64,000 bases of DNA from a virus, in the IMG/VR virus record IMGVR_UViG_3300027801_002650, positions 16,840 to 80,839 of that record, one strand, 5' to 3'. Both the position numbers and the translations under genes were made by a program. This document shows, piece by piece, positions 9,560 to 19,442 of the stretch. Under the pieces are notes generated by a model. It saw nothing but the letters and a program-made list of their open reading frames with translations. It was not told the DNA's origin and did not search any database. Position 1 is the stretch's first letter. The number at the start of each line of letters is the position of its first letter.

Positions 9560-10583
9560 ACTAAAGGGATACTTAGATCTTAGTCAAGCAGATGGCAGAG
9601 TCACACCATGCTGTTTGTTTGATATAGCTACAGGATGGAACTCAAACATTTATACAGGTGTCGATTTTTCTGAATGGTCAAATCCTGTCAAAAAAGGTTG
9701 CTGGCCTTGTGTAGAAAATGAATCTAATGGCCATGAGTCAATGCGACAGACTGCCGTTGCAGAAGGCATACAAATTGCCCTTGACTTTACGTGTAACTTC
9801 ATGTGCCGTATTTGTCGACCTGCCTTGTCATCAAAATGGGATTCGGTCGACGAGGACTGGACTCGGTTTGATAAAGACCATTTTTACAAGGATCCAAACA
9901 GAAAACGATTCGCTAATGAGCAAGAACGATTTCTAAACCTTGTAGATCTCTCAGAAATGAAAGAAGTCCGAATCGTGGGCGGAGAACCTTTCCTTTCAAA
10001 AAAATTAGTACCATTTCTTAAAAGACTGCCCAAGTCTGCCAAAGTTGATATAAATACTAATGCTAGCATTTTCCCAGATGATGCAACAATCAAAGAACTG
10101 GAAAAGTTTGATTCTGTTCAAATAGACGCAAGCATTGATGCCGTCGGGGAGCTAGCCGAGTGTATTAGGTTTGGTACTATCTGGTCTGAGGTAGAGAAAA
10201 ATATTAACAGACACATATCACTTTGGGATACTTACATTTATACTACTATCTCAGTTTTGAATGTGAACAATCTAAATGAAGTATATGACTTTGCTGGTGG
10301 AGATGAATACCACGGAGGCAAAAGCAGAATGAATCCCTTGATTACACCAACCTTCCTACGACTTGAACAGATACCACAAAACATAAGAAAATCATGGGGC
10401 ATAAAATCACTGAGAGGCATGGGTGATTTTAACAATATTATTTGTAATGAAACTGAAGTAAAACCTGAGCATAAGAAATGTATAGACTTTATACAAACTT
10501 GCGATAAACATCAGGGAATACTTTTTCAAAATGTAAATAAAGAAATGTGGGAAATATTATGGACATTAGCATACCCAAAGTAA
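9546..10583 (+). CDS. radical SAM enzyme #5, class A
   Basis: CNFMCRIC, VGGEP, SIDA; N-terminal C...PCC...CWPC. Confidence 0.92.
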   Translation: MECNRLKGYLDLSQADGRVTPCCLFDIATGWNSNIYTGVDFSEWSNPVKKGCWPCVENESNGHESMRQTAVAEGIQIALDFTCNFMCRICRPALSSKWDSVDEDWTRFDKDHFYKDPNRKRFANEQERFLNLVDLSEMKEVRIVGGEPFLSKKLVPFLKRLPKSAKVDINTNASIFPDDATIKELEKFDSVQIDASIDAVGELAECIRFGTIWSEVEKNINRHISLWDTYIYTTISVLNVNNLNEVYDFAGGDEYHGGKSRMNPLITPTFLRLEQIPQNIRKSWGIKSLRGMGDFNNIICNETEVKPEHKKCIDFIQTCDKHQGILFQNVNKEMWEILWTLAYPK

Positions 10584-11359
10584 CAACCCGTTATACTGAT
10601 AAAATAATGCAGGAGTTGCATGATATAAGATTTTTCGATGATTCCGATGAGATGAAGAAACGTCAATCGACACTCAAAATCAAAGAAGAGTTTGTTGAAA
10701 TTCCTGTAAAAACAATCGGCATGTGGATGTCAGGTGGTGCCGACAGTTCCCTCTGTGCCTGGATGATAAACAAAAAGATTCGCGATGAAAATCTTGATAT
10801 AAAATTCCAACCAATGTCTGTTCGTAGAGGAAGACCATCAAATCCTATCTATGCTGGCAACGTTATCGATTTTATAGAGGGTGACCTAAATATTACAATG
10901 AATGATCACATCATTTATTATCCAGACATTGCAGATGAGTACCAAAGAGAAATAAAGGAGTTTAGAGACAGAGACGTTGAGAACTTCAACTCTGGATTAA
11001 TCGAGATTATGTATTCAGGAATAACCTCAAATCCCCCTGATAATGATATGAGTATTTTTGTAGACAAAAAATGTGAACCTACGAGAAACGAGTCGGCTGA
11101 GAAACCTCTAGAATCAGTTAGTGGACTAGCTCATTATATAAATCCCTTTTTTCAAATAAACAAAAAAGATATTAAAACTCTTTATGATGATTTCAAATTG
11201 ACCTACACATTATTTCCTATCACCAGAAGTTGCGAAGGTGATCCAGAAGATACTGGAAATCTTTCATATCATTGCGGAAAATGCTGGTGGTGTGAAGAAA
11301 GAATGTGGGCATTTGGATTTTTAGATAATCCTCCTCCCCAATATATTTATGATAATTGA
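10559..11359 (+). CDS. QueC-like PP-loop ATP pyrophosphatase
   Basis: PP-loop MSGGADSS and C-terminal Zn site TRSC-x13-CGKCWWCEER. Start may be 10547 or 10559. Confidence 0.8.
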   Translation: MDISIPKVTTRYTDKIMQELHDIRFFDDSDEMKKRQSTLKIKEEFVEIPVKTIGMWMSGGADSSLCAWMINKKIRDENLDIKFQPMSVRRGRPSNPIYAGNVIDFIEGDLNITMNDHIIYYPDIADEYQREIKEFRDRDVENFNSGLIEIMYSGITSNPPDNDMSIFVDKKCEPTRNESAEKPLESVSGLAHYINPFFQINKKDIKTLYDDFKLTYTLFPITRSCEGDPEDTGNLSYHCGKCWWCEERMWAFGFLDNPPPQYIYDN

Positions 11360-12773
11360 TAAAGATCCTACCAATCTACCCTCAAAAACTTTCTGTGCTT
11401 TACCTTGGATGCACGTATCCACACGACCGAATGGCCACATGCGTGTTTGCTGTACAGCAAACGCATCAGGTGTTCAGAATAAAGACTCAACAAAAAAGAC
11501 TCTCTCAGAGGCAGGTGTACTCAGAAGAGATGATGGTCTTCCAGCAAATCTAGCAACGACAAGTTTGCTTGATGCTTGGAACAACGAATACATGAGGTCA
11601 GTTCGCAAAATGATGCTTAATGGTGAAAAACCTCCCTCATGCTTGAAATGCTTTAAGGAAGAAGATGCAGGACACAGAAGCAAACGACAATGGGAAACTG
11701 CCAAGTGGGTAGGAGAACTCGGACTCGACGATATCATCGGAGAAACAAACGAGGATGGCTCCGTACCTCCAAGAGTCAGGTACATTGATTTACGTTTGGG
11801 CAGTAAGTGTCAGTTGGCTTGTGTTATGTGTTCTCCTCATGATTCTTCTAAATGGGTAAAGGAATATAAAGAAATCTACCCTGATCTAAAGAACGAACGA
11901 CTACGCGACTCACAACTCTGGGAAAAAGACTCCGGAAAGTTGGCATGGTCAGGTGGCTCGTATGCTTGGCACAAATCAAATCCTACATTCTGGGATGAGT
12001 TTTGGACTCAGGTTCCTACGCTGAAACAACTGTACTGGGCAGGTGGCGAATCATTGATTATGGATGAGCACTACATGGTGCTTGAGAAGATCATTGAAAT
12101 GGGGCATGCTAAAGATATAGAACTACGATACAACTCAAATGGTCTCGAATGGGAACCACACTTGTTTGATTTATGGAAAGAATTTAGAAATGTAATTTTT
12201 CATTTCAGCATTGACTGTCATGAGGAGAAAAACCATTTCATTCGATACCCATCTAATTGGGAACAAGTCGTGACCCAAATGGAAGCACTTGATGATTACC
12301 CGCACGGCAACTTGAGACTTACTACAGCCACGACAATCATAGCTCTCAATTTGTTTTATCTTCCCGATTTTATCAAATGGAAACTGAGCAAACAATGGAA
12401 GCTGTTAAACAAGTTTCCTGCTGGAGCAGGCATGATAGATTTACATCTTGCCTACTGGCCACCTCAATTAAACTGCAAGGTACTGCCAAAGTGGTTCAAG
12501 ATGGAGGTAACCGAAAAGTTTAATGAGTTCTATCCTTGGCTTGAAGAAAACTGGCAAAAATGCAATGGCGTAGAAAATCTGTCATTTACAGAGTGGCGTG
12601 AACTGCCATACGGCATAAAAAGACTTGAGGGACTTGTTTCATTTATGAACTCGGAGGACTGGTCTGAACGATTGCCCGAAACTGCAGAGTGGTGTTATAC
12701 CATAGCAAAAAGAAGAAAACTTGATTTTTTGAAAATCTTTCCTGACCTCGAATGGCTACAATGGTATGCTTAA
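11349..12773 (+). CDS. radical SAM enzyme #6, class A (twitch-domain type, long)
   Basis: FCALPW...VCC...CLKC; CQLACVMC; AGGES; YNSNG; FSID. Confidence 0.93.
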   Translation: MIIDKDPTNLPSKTFCALPWMHVSTRPNGHMRVCCTANASGVQNKDSTKKTLSEAGVLRRDDGLPANLATTSLLDAWNNEYMRSVRKMMLNGEKPPSCLKCFKEEDAGHRSKRQWETAKWVGELGLDDIIGETNEDGSVPPRVRYIDLRLGSKCQLACVMCSPHDSSKWVKEYKEIYPDLKNERLRDSQLWEKDSGKLAWSGGSYAWHKSNPTFWDEFWTQVPTLKQLYWAGGESLIMDEHYMVLEKIIEMGHAKDIELRYNSNGLEWEPHLFDLWKEFRNVIFHFSIDCHEEKNHFIRYPSNWEQVVTQMEALDDYPHGNLRLTTATTIIALNLFYLPDFIKWKLSKQWKLLNKFPAGAGMIDLHLAYWPPQLNCKVLPKWFKMEVTEKFNEFYPWLEENWQKCNGVENLSFTEWRELPYGIKRLEGLVSFMNSEDWSERLPETAEWCYTIAKRRKLDFLKIFPDLEWLQWYA

Positions 12774-13914
12774 TATAGAAAATATAGAAGACAAATCAAA
12801 TCGTTATCAGATCATATGGGACCTCGGACGCAGGTGCTCATATGCCTGCTCATATTGCCCTCCTCACAGAAACAATAAGTGGTCTACATTTATTGACTAT
12901 GAAAAACTATGCGACACCGTAGACAAGGTTGCTCAATATGCGTTACTGTATGATCAGTTTCGTAAAGTGCCTGCTATGAAAAAACTTAGTTTTACTGGCG
13001 GTGAGCCAACTGTTCATCCGGACTTTTTTAAATTCCTAAGATACGTAAAGACTACTTACCCCTTTTTCAGTAGAGGTCTGACTACAAATGGGTGGTTTTC
13101 GAATAGTGTTTTAGATAAAGTGATGTCCCTGACAACTGGTGGTACTCTGTCATATCATTGTGAATCAACAGATAAACAGAAAAAACAAGTAATAAGCAAT
13201 GCTATCGTATTACGAGAAAAGTACAAGGTAAACGTAATGTTTCACAAAGATTACTTTTGGGAATGCGTAGATGTTTGCGAGACAATGGAGAAAAATGGTG
13301 TAGACTACGTACCACGAATCATAGGAGATGATCATCCCGATGATAAAAAGTCCATAGAGTTAGGTTATACACAGGTGTACGAAGAAGATCAAATGAAATG
13401 GTTTAGAGATTACTGGAAACAGAAAGGACAAAATGTTGCAGAATCAGGAAACACCCAAAAAGGATTGGGACGTCCCTGTTGCGGAGGCAGATGCTTTAAG
13501 GCAGACGGCAAGGATTCTTACTTTCTCCCTGATACAAACTTTCAGGGTTGGAGCTGTATGGTTAACTGGTATTTTCTTTTCATAAACTCAGAGGCAGATC
13601 GTGTATGGACTCATCAAACTTGTGGCGTAAATCTTGATGGAAAAGTTGCTCCTCTTGGAAAGATATCCGAGTTTGACGATATACTTGACAAACTCGGCGA
13701 TTCATTGTATACTAGAAGGGTGCCAATGATTACGTGTCCGAAAACATTTTGTGGATGTGGTATGTGCATCACAAAATCAAAAGACAATGTGAAAGAGATG
13801 TTTGACAGGCATACTGTCGATGAGTTGGACTTTGAGAAAGTATCACAAAAGAAAAGCAACTGGTTCACAGACGAAACAACGAAAAGGGTTTTTGAGAAGT
13901 TAGATGCTGTGTAA
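12766..13914 (+). CDS. radical SAM enzyme #7, class C
   Basis: CSYACSYC, FTGGEPT, TTNG; C-terminal FQGWSC...TCG...CPKTFCGCGMC; extra PCCGGRC. Confidence 0.92.
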   Translation: MLNIENIEDKSNRYQIIWDLGRRCSYACSYCPPHRNNKWSTFIDYEKLCDTVDKVAQYALLYDQFRKVPAMKKLSFTGGEPTVHPDFFKFLRYVKTTYPFFSRGLTTNGWFSNSVLDKVMSLTTGGTLSYHCESTDKQKKQVISNAIVLREKYKVNVMFHKDYFWECVDVCETMEKNGVDYVPRIIGDDHPDDKKSIELGYTQVYEEDQMKWFRDYWKQKGQNVAESGNTQKGLGRPCCGGRCFKADGKDSYFLPDTNFQGWSCMVNWYFLFINSEADRVWTHQTCGVNLDGKVAPLGKISEFDDILDKLGDSLYTRRVPMITCPKTFCGCGMCITKSKDNVKEMFDRHTVDELDFEKVSQKKSNWFTDETTKRVFEKLDAV

Positions 13915-14857
13915 AATGCCTTTCACCCATTCTTTTATAGATGGGGAAACTATGAAACCTTGCTGTATGTTTGAAGGCGAGGGAGACGTACGGGAACAGT
14001 TTCTAGCAGGCATAAAACCTGAAGGATGCAAACCTTGTTTCGACAAAGAGGAACGTGGAGGAACCAGTTCGAGACAGTATTACAATCAACGATATGACTT
14101 TTTGCCTCTGGACAAAGTCAGAACCTTTGACCTGAGAATCGATGATGTATGTAATCTAAAGTGTGTTATGTGTGGACCTGATCAGTCTACCAAATGGAGA
14201 GAAGACATTGAGATATTCGATGAGTTTGTTGGTAGACCACTGTGGAACAGGAAAATACCACTGCCAGATTTATCTGATGCATTAGAAATAAGCATCCTTG
14301 GTGGAGAACCATTCTATATGAGAACTGCTGAGAACATATTGAAAAAGCAGTCCCGAGACACCCGCATTATTTTGAACACAAATGCTTGCATCGATGCAGA
14401 CAACAAACTGCTGGGCATATTAAAAGAGTTTGATGTTGTTGAAATCGTAATATCGATTGACGGGTACAAGCAAGTAAACGATTATATTCGTTTCCCATCA
14501 GAGTGGGATAAGTTTGAGTCTGGTATAGATATTATTTTTTCCCTCGACAATATTGAATATAAACCATTTAACACAACAGTCAGTTGCCTAAACCTGCCAG
14601 ACCTTGATAATATCAAAAACTACACAAAGCAATACTCAGACTACAAACACTACATAAATTATCTTACCGACCCAGACTTTTTGAGTATAAATGCTTTGCC
14701 ACCGAAAGTCATAGAATACTGTGATGTTGACGTAGACTATGAGTTCGACAAAAAGTTGAATCAAAAGATGAGAGCATACTTGAGTAAGTTAGACAAGAAA
14801 AGAAATACAAATAGCAAAAGGACATTACCATGGTGCTGGATCGACCATTCAGAATAG
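13904..14857 (+). CDS. radical SAM enzyme #8, class A
   Basis: LCKMPF...PCC...CKPC; CNLKCVMC; LGGEP; SIDG. Confidence 0.92.
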   Translation: MLCKMPFTHSFIDGETMKPCCMFEGEGDVREQFLAGIKPEGCKPCFDKEERGGTSSRQYYNQRYDFLPLDKVRTFDLRIDDVCNLKCVMCGPDQSTKWREDIEIFDEFVGRPLWNRKIPLPDLSDALEISILGGEPFYMRTAENILKKQSRDTRIILNTNACIDADNKLLGILKEFDVVEIVISIDGYKQVNDYIRFPSEWDKFESGIDIIFSLDNIEYKPFNTTVSCLNLPDLDNIKNYTKQYSDYKHYINYLTDPDFLSINALPPKVIEYCDVDVDYEFDKKLNQKMRAYLSKLDKKRNTNSKRTLPWCWIDHSE

Positions 14858-15795
14858 AGTTTGAGATAAGTTCTCTATGTAATGCTCTCTGCTCAGGTTG
14901 TCAACGAACAATGATGGACAACAGGGGAAAGTACTACTACAAAGGAAATATTACCATAGACCAAATGACAGATTGGTTTGATGAGGTTGACTTGACTAAT
15001 GCCAAAATTAAACTGTGTGGTGTGTTAGGTGACCCGATTGTCAACCCTGACTGCTATGAAATATGTTCCTATTTGATGCTAGAGAAGAAAGTCAAAAGCA
15101 TAGAAATATCTACCAATGGTGGTATGAGATCATCAAAGTTTTGGACTCAGTTAGGCGAGTTATCAGCGATGAGCGGCAATCGTTTATATGTACATTGGTC
15201 AATAGACGGAGTTACCAAAAATGATTACAGAGAAAACGTAAACATCGACAAGGTCTGGGAAAACTTTCATACTTACTATAATGCTGGTGGTAAATGCATT
15301 TGGCAGTATATACATTTTGATTACAACGCAGACGAAATCCCTCTGGCAAAACAAAAAGCAAAAGAGTTAGGTGTTGAGTTAAAGATACGTGTCAGTTGGA
15401 GAAATACTGCTGATGCAGCAAAGTTTAAATCAAGCGAAGCACTAAAGATCGACGAAGACATATACGAGACAGTTGAGACTCGAGCACGCACGGGTGACTA
15501 TGAGGCAGCAAATATTGTTTGTCGACATCAGTTAGAAAATGAGCTGTTCGTTACATCAGAAGGCAGAATATGGCCTTGCTGTCATTTACAAGATGAACAG
15601 GTTGCAGGCAAAACTGACATACTAACAAAAGTTGGTTTAAAAAATGATCTACAGCAGTCAAAATTTTACGACATTATTCAGTCTGAGTGGTATGAAAAAA
15701 CACTGGCCGAGTCGTGGGAAAAATCACACCCTCTTCACCTACCCAGGTGCTATTTATCCTGTGGAGATTTTGCGAAAAGAAAAGTTATTAAATGA
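14830..15795 (+). CDS. radical SAM enzyme #9, class B
   Basis: CNALCSGC, CGVLGDP, STNG, WQYIHFDYN, PCCH...CYLSC. Confidence 0.92.
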   Translation: MVLDRPFRIEFEISSLCNALCSGCQRTMMDNRGKYYYKGNITIDQMTDWFDEVDLTNAKIKLCGVLGDPIVNPDCYEICSYLMLEKKVKSIEISTNGGMRSSKFWTQLGELSAMSGNRLYVHWSIDGVTKNDYRENVNIDKVWENFHTYYNAGGKCIWQYIHFDYNADEIPLAKQKAKELGVELKIRVSWRNTADAAKFKSSEALKIDEDIYETVETRARTGDYEAANIVCRHQLENELFVTSEGRIWPCCHLQDEQVAGKTDILTKVGLKNDLQQSKFYDIIQSEWYEKTLAESWEKSHPLHLPRCYLSCGDFAKRKVIK

Positions 15796-16625
15796 TAGAT
15801 AGTCCCGAAAGAGAATACACATTAGACTGGTTGCAGTATGAAAGACAGCAACCAATGTACGATGAGAGCATCAATGATTTTTATGCTCGTATTTTTAAGG
15901 AAACTCCAGTTCACGCAAAAACTATTGACGTAGATTTTTTACATGCCTTTGACGAATGGTTGAGAAATCATCAGTTCAGCAGTTTTACAGGAATGGATGC
16001 ATTCCCTGTCAGGCATGTCATACAGGGTGTCACACATTACATCGACGACCTGTATCAGACATATGGTTCTTTGCAGATATTCAAAAATGATTATAAATAC
16101 CACTGGCGACTGAACAATGAAATAGAGTATGCTACTATCGATACCCTGGATAAAAGGCACCTACTTATATCAATGCCGTTTCCTTACTACGGTGATATAC
16201 ATCCTGGCATGTACACAATACTCGATGCGTGTTATGAAAAGGGAATCCCTGTGCATGTTGATGCTGCTTGGATTAGTTGCATACGCAATATTGATTTCAA
16301 TTTTGACCACCCTGCTATTCAGACTTTTGCTATCAGTTTAAGTAAAGGAGGCATAGGTGGTTGTCGAATCGGTGTGAGATATGCACGATGGACAACTGAA
16401 GGACCTATCACATTAATGAATAAGTTTAACATGAATCAACAACCACTGATGTGGATTGGAACACGTTTCATGAAGGAGTTTGGTCCAGAGTATTTTTGGA
16501 AAAAATATGAAAACAAATATAATCAAGTTCTTAAGGATTTCAAACTGCAACCATCAAAAGCAATACACCTTGCTATGAGCAACGGTAAACCTGTTGGTGT
16601 TCGATCACTGCTGAGGGCATTATGA
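15792..16625 (+). CDS. PLP-dependent fold-type I enzyme-like (decarboxylase/aminotransferase-like)
   Basis: VHVDAAW (PLP-binding Asp) followed by SLSKG (Schiff-base Lys) and RIG. Confidence 0.7.
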   Translation: MIDSPEREYTLDWLQYERQQPMYDESINDFYARIFKETPVHAKTIDVDFLHAFDEWLRNHQFSSFTGMDAFPVRHVIQGVTHYIDDLYQTYGSLQIFKNDYKYHWRLNNEIEYATIDTLDKRHLLISMPFPYYGDIHPGMYTILDACYEKGIPVHVDAAWISCIRNIDFNFDHPAIQTFAISLSKGGIGGCRIGVRYARWTTEGPITLMNKFNMNQQPLMWIGTRFMKEFGPEYFWKKYENKYNQVLKDFKLQPSKAIHLAMSNGKPVGVRSLLRAL

Positions 16626-17833
16626 GTTGTATTCTACCTTGGATCAATTTTGGTACAAATATTTACGGGCGACCGAGAGTCTGTGGTTACTCTAACATAA
16701 ATGCACAATGGAAGCATATGTTTGAGAAAAGAGGTTTACCATGGCCACCTACTAAAATTGAAGACACCCCAAAGGAAATCCTTGAAAGTGACTTTGCCAA
16801 AGAGTTCCAGACTTGGAATGGTAAGTTAGAAAAGCATGGTGTAAAAGAGCAGTGGAACAACATTTATTTTAGAGAGATTCGTGAAACATTTTTGAATGGT
16901 GAGTGGCCAGCAAACTGTGGCAGATGTAAGCATGTTGAAGAGTTGGGTGGCAAGTCAAAACGCATAGACGAAAATGATATGTGGCATGACGAAAATCTGA
17001 TCGTAGAAACAGAATATCCAAAGCACATCGATGTAAGAACTGGTACAGTCTGCAACTTTAAATGTATTCATTGTAGTCCAAATGTTAGCTCGAAATGGGT
17101 TGAGGACAAGGAAGTCGCCATAAAATATGGAACCGAATACGTAGAAAATGATAATACTTGGATAGCAAAAGATAATGACTTTTGGAATCAACTTGACATT
17201 TCTCAAATAAAAAGGTATAATTTCTTAGGTGGTGAATCGTTTTATAATAAAAGACATAACGAGTTTATCAAAAAACTGAATGAAAGCGAGTATGCGAATG
17301 AAATAGAAATCGCTTACGTCACCAATGGTTCGTTCAGATTTGAGAATATGGAAAACTTCAAAAAGGTAAGACTGAGATTGTCTGTTGACTGTGTAGAAAC
17401 AGCAGGGGAATATTTTCGTTATGGATTAAAATGGGATGATTGGTGTGAAAACATTAAAAAATTTCCGTCAAACTTTGACACATCCTTTCAATGGACTTGC
17501 AGTAATGTAAGCATGTTCTACTTAGTAGATACCTACAAGTTATTGCGCAAACAGTTTCCTGACATTAGATTTTTGTTTGAGAATCATGTAACAGAACCCT
17601 ACTATATGTCAGCACAAAATCTGCCCAGTAGCATCAAAGAAAAAATCAGTGACGAAATTGATTTTGAAATAGATCCTTTTTACGTTAATTATATGTTTAA
17701 AAAAGATGGATGGTCAGAAAAAGGTGAAACTTTTATTAACTATCTAAACGATTTAGATAAAGCAAGAAAAACCAATTGGAGAAAAAGTCTGTGTGGTCTA
17801 GAGAAAGCATTGAGTGGATTGACGTTGAGCTAA
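16622..17833 (+). CDS. radical SAM enzyme #10, class A
   Basis: SCILPW...VC...CGRC; CNFKCIHC; LGGES; VTNG. Confidence 0.92.
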   Translation: MSCILPWINFGTNIYGRPRVCGYSNINAQWKHMFEKRGLPWPPTKIEDTPKEILESDFAKEFQTWNGKLEKHGVKEQWNNIYFREIRETFLNGEWPANCGRCKHVEELGGKSKRIDENDMWHDENLIVETEYPKHIDVRTGTVCNFKCIHCSPNVSSKWVEDKEVAIKYGTEYVENDNTWIAKDNDFWNQLDISQIKRYNFLGGESFYNKRHNEFIKKLNESEYANEIEIAYVTNGSFRFENMENFKKVRLRLSVDCVETAGEYFRYGLKWDDWCENIKKFPSNFDTSFQWTCSNVSMFYLVDTYKLLRKQFPDIRFLFENHVTEPYYMSAQNLPSSIKEKISDEIDFEIDPFYVNYMFKKDGWSEKGETFINYLNDLDKARKTNWRKSLCGLEKALSGLTLS

Positions 17834-18714
17834 CGTCATTTTGTAATATAGACTGCCCAGGTTGTTTCCGGCAAGTCAAAAGGGATAAGGTTGATCATCT
17901 TCTAAACAAAAGCATGATTACTTTAGATCAGATTAAAACATGGCTGACATACAAGAACTTTCCTAACGCAAAACTGGTCAACTTTTGTGGATCGATTGAC
18001 GAACCTACCTTACATCCTGATATGTTGGCAATCTTAGACCACCTTGACGGCATAGACATTAACATATCATCGAATGGCTCAACTAAGACAGAAAAGTTTT
18101 GGGGCGAGTTAGGAAAAAGAAAAATATCTGTTTTCTTTGGTCTTGACGGCATAGACCAGGAGTCACTTGAAAAATACAGGATAGGTGCAAACTTCAAAAA
18201 AGTGCAGGCAAATTGGAGAGCATTCATTAAGGCAGGTGGCAAAGCAACGTGGCAGTTTATAGCATTTGATCACAATGAGCACTTGATGGATGACGCCAAA
18301 CGCATGGCAAAAAAAGAAGGATTTACTGACTTCAGATTGATTTATTCTCATAGAAATGAGAACCAAGAGTCTAAGAAACTACAAAGAAAAGAAGAACAGA
18401 CCATTGTATGTAAATATGGGGAGCAAAATAGAATCTTTATTAGTCACACAGGTGTGATGCTCCCTTGTTGCTTTTTGAACTCAGAGTTCCTACAGTCTTA
18501 TGCTACAAAAGAATACCATACTGACTTTCAACAACTGTTCAAAAATACAGGTGACGTGCTGAACAACAGTTTGAAATATGCTGAGCCAGACGAAATCATT
18601 GACGGGGAATTGTGGAAAGAAATCGTTTCGTCGTGGGATCACAAACCAATATCAAGGTGTGAAACTACGTGCAAGCAAGCAAAGCAAGATGTATTTCTTG
18701 GAGAGACATTATGA
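17776..18714 (+). CDS. radical SAM enzyme #11, class B
   Basis: CNIDCPGC, CGSIDEP, SSNG, WQFIAFDHN, PCCF...CETTC; TTG start uncertain. Confidence 0.92.
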   Translation: MEKKSVWSRESIEWIDVELTSFCNIDCPGCFRQVKRDKVDHLLNKSMITLDQIKTWLTYKNFPNAKLVNFCGSIDEPTLHPDMLAILDHLDGIDINISSNGSTKTEKFWGELGKRKISVFFGLDGIDQESLEKYRIGANFKKVQANWRAFIKAGGKATWQFIAFDHNEHLMDDAKRMAKKEGFTDFRLIYSHRNENQESKKLQRKEEQTIVCKYGEQNRIFISHTGVMLPCCFLNSEFLQSYATKEYHTDFQQLFKNTGDVLNNSLKYAEPDEIIDGELWKEIVSSWDHKPISRCETTCKQAKQDVFLGETL

Positions 18715-19442
18715 AGATAAGTGATTATCGTGAATATGCTAATCGTCTATCTGCATTACGAGAGAAATTGGCCGACATTGAAAAGGTCTTTTACAATGTT
18801 GAAAAAGAACAACGGGCGACGAAGTATGCTCAGGTAGGCAGGTGGATAGAGGGCAATCTGTCACAAGATTATTCACAGTCCTGGGAAGACTCAATGTCTG
18901 CTCAACAGTACGAATCTAAAAAATGGATGGTCGATGAAATAGCAAATCTTAAACCAAAGTTTGAATACTCCGAACCCTGCCACATTGAGGTTGTTGGTTC
19001 TTGGTTCGGGTGGCCATTGATGGAATACATTGATCATGCCTTTCCCAATATAAAACAGGTAGACCTGTATGATAAGGATGAACTGTGCCATCCTGTCATG
19101 GCTCAATACAAAAATCACTTTGCCCCTAAATATTCAGTCCACCAATTTGGTGATTGGTTTGAAAGAACTGATAAAAGAAGAAGGCAGGTGATCATTAATA
19201 CTTCTGGTGAACACATGTCTAACATTTCTGCGAACAAAGAAATGTTCAAAGGAAATCCTCTTATTATCATAATGTCAAATGATTATTTTGATGGAGATGG
19301 CCACACTCACTGTGTCCCTGACGTAGAGGAACTTGTGCGTCAACAAAATCTCGGGGAAACCTATTACACTGGTACACGATCAATGCAGACTTATAACAGA
19401 TTCATGGTGATTGGGAGAATGCATGCTGAAAGTACTGACTGA
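18711..19442 (+). CDS. class I SAM-dependent methyltransferase-like protein
   Basis: SKKW, glycine loop VVGSWFG, acidic DLYD, INTSGEHM, RFMVIG. ATG at 18711 gives an ATGA overlap. Confidence 0.65.
   Translation: MKISDYREYANRLSALREKLADIEKVFYNVEKEQRATKYAQVGRWIEGNLSQDYSQSWEDSMSAQQYESKKWMVDEIANLKPKFEYSEPCHIEVVGSWFGWPLMEYIDHAFPNIKQVDLYDKDELCHPVMAQYKNHFAPKYSVHQFGDWFERTDKRRRQVIINTSGEHMSNISANKEMFKGNPLIIIMSNDYFDGDGHTHCVPDVEELVRQQNLGETYYTGTRSMQTYNRFMVIGRMHAESTD

Noticed and set aside
10559-13914. QueC plus a QueE-like rSAM read as a 7-deazaguanine DNA modification locus
   Set aside because: No folE, queD or dpdA in the window, and the class C rSAMs carry extra Cys domains unlike QueE. Not excluded genome-wide.
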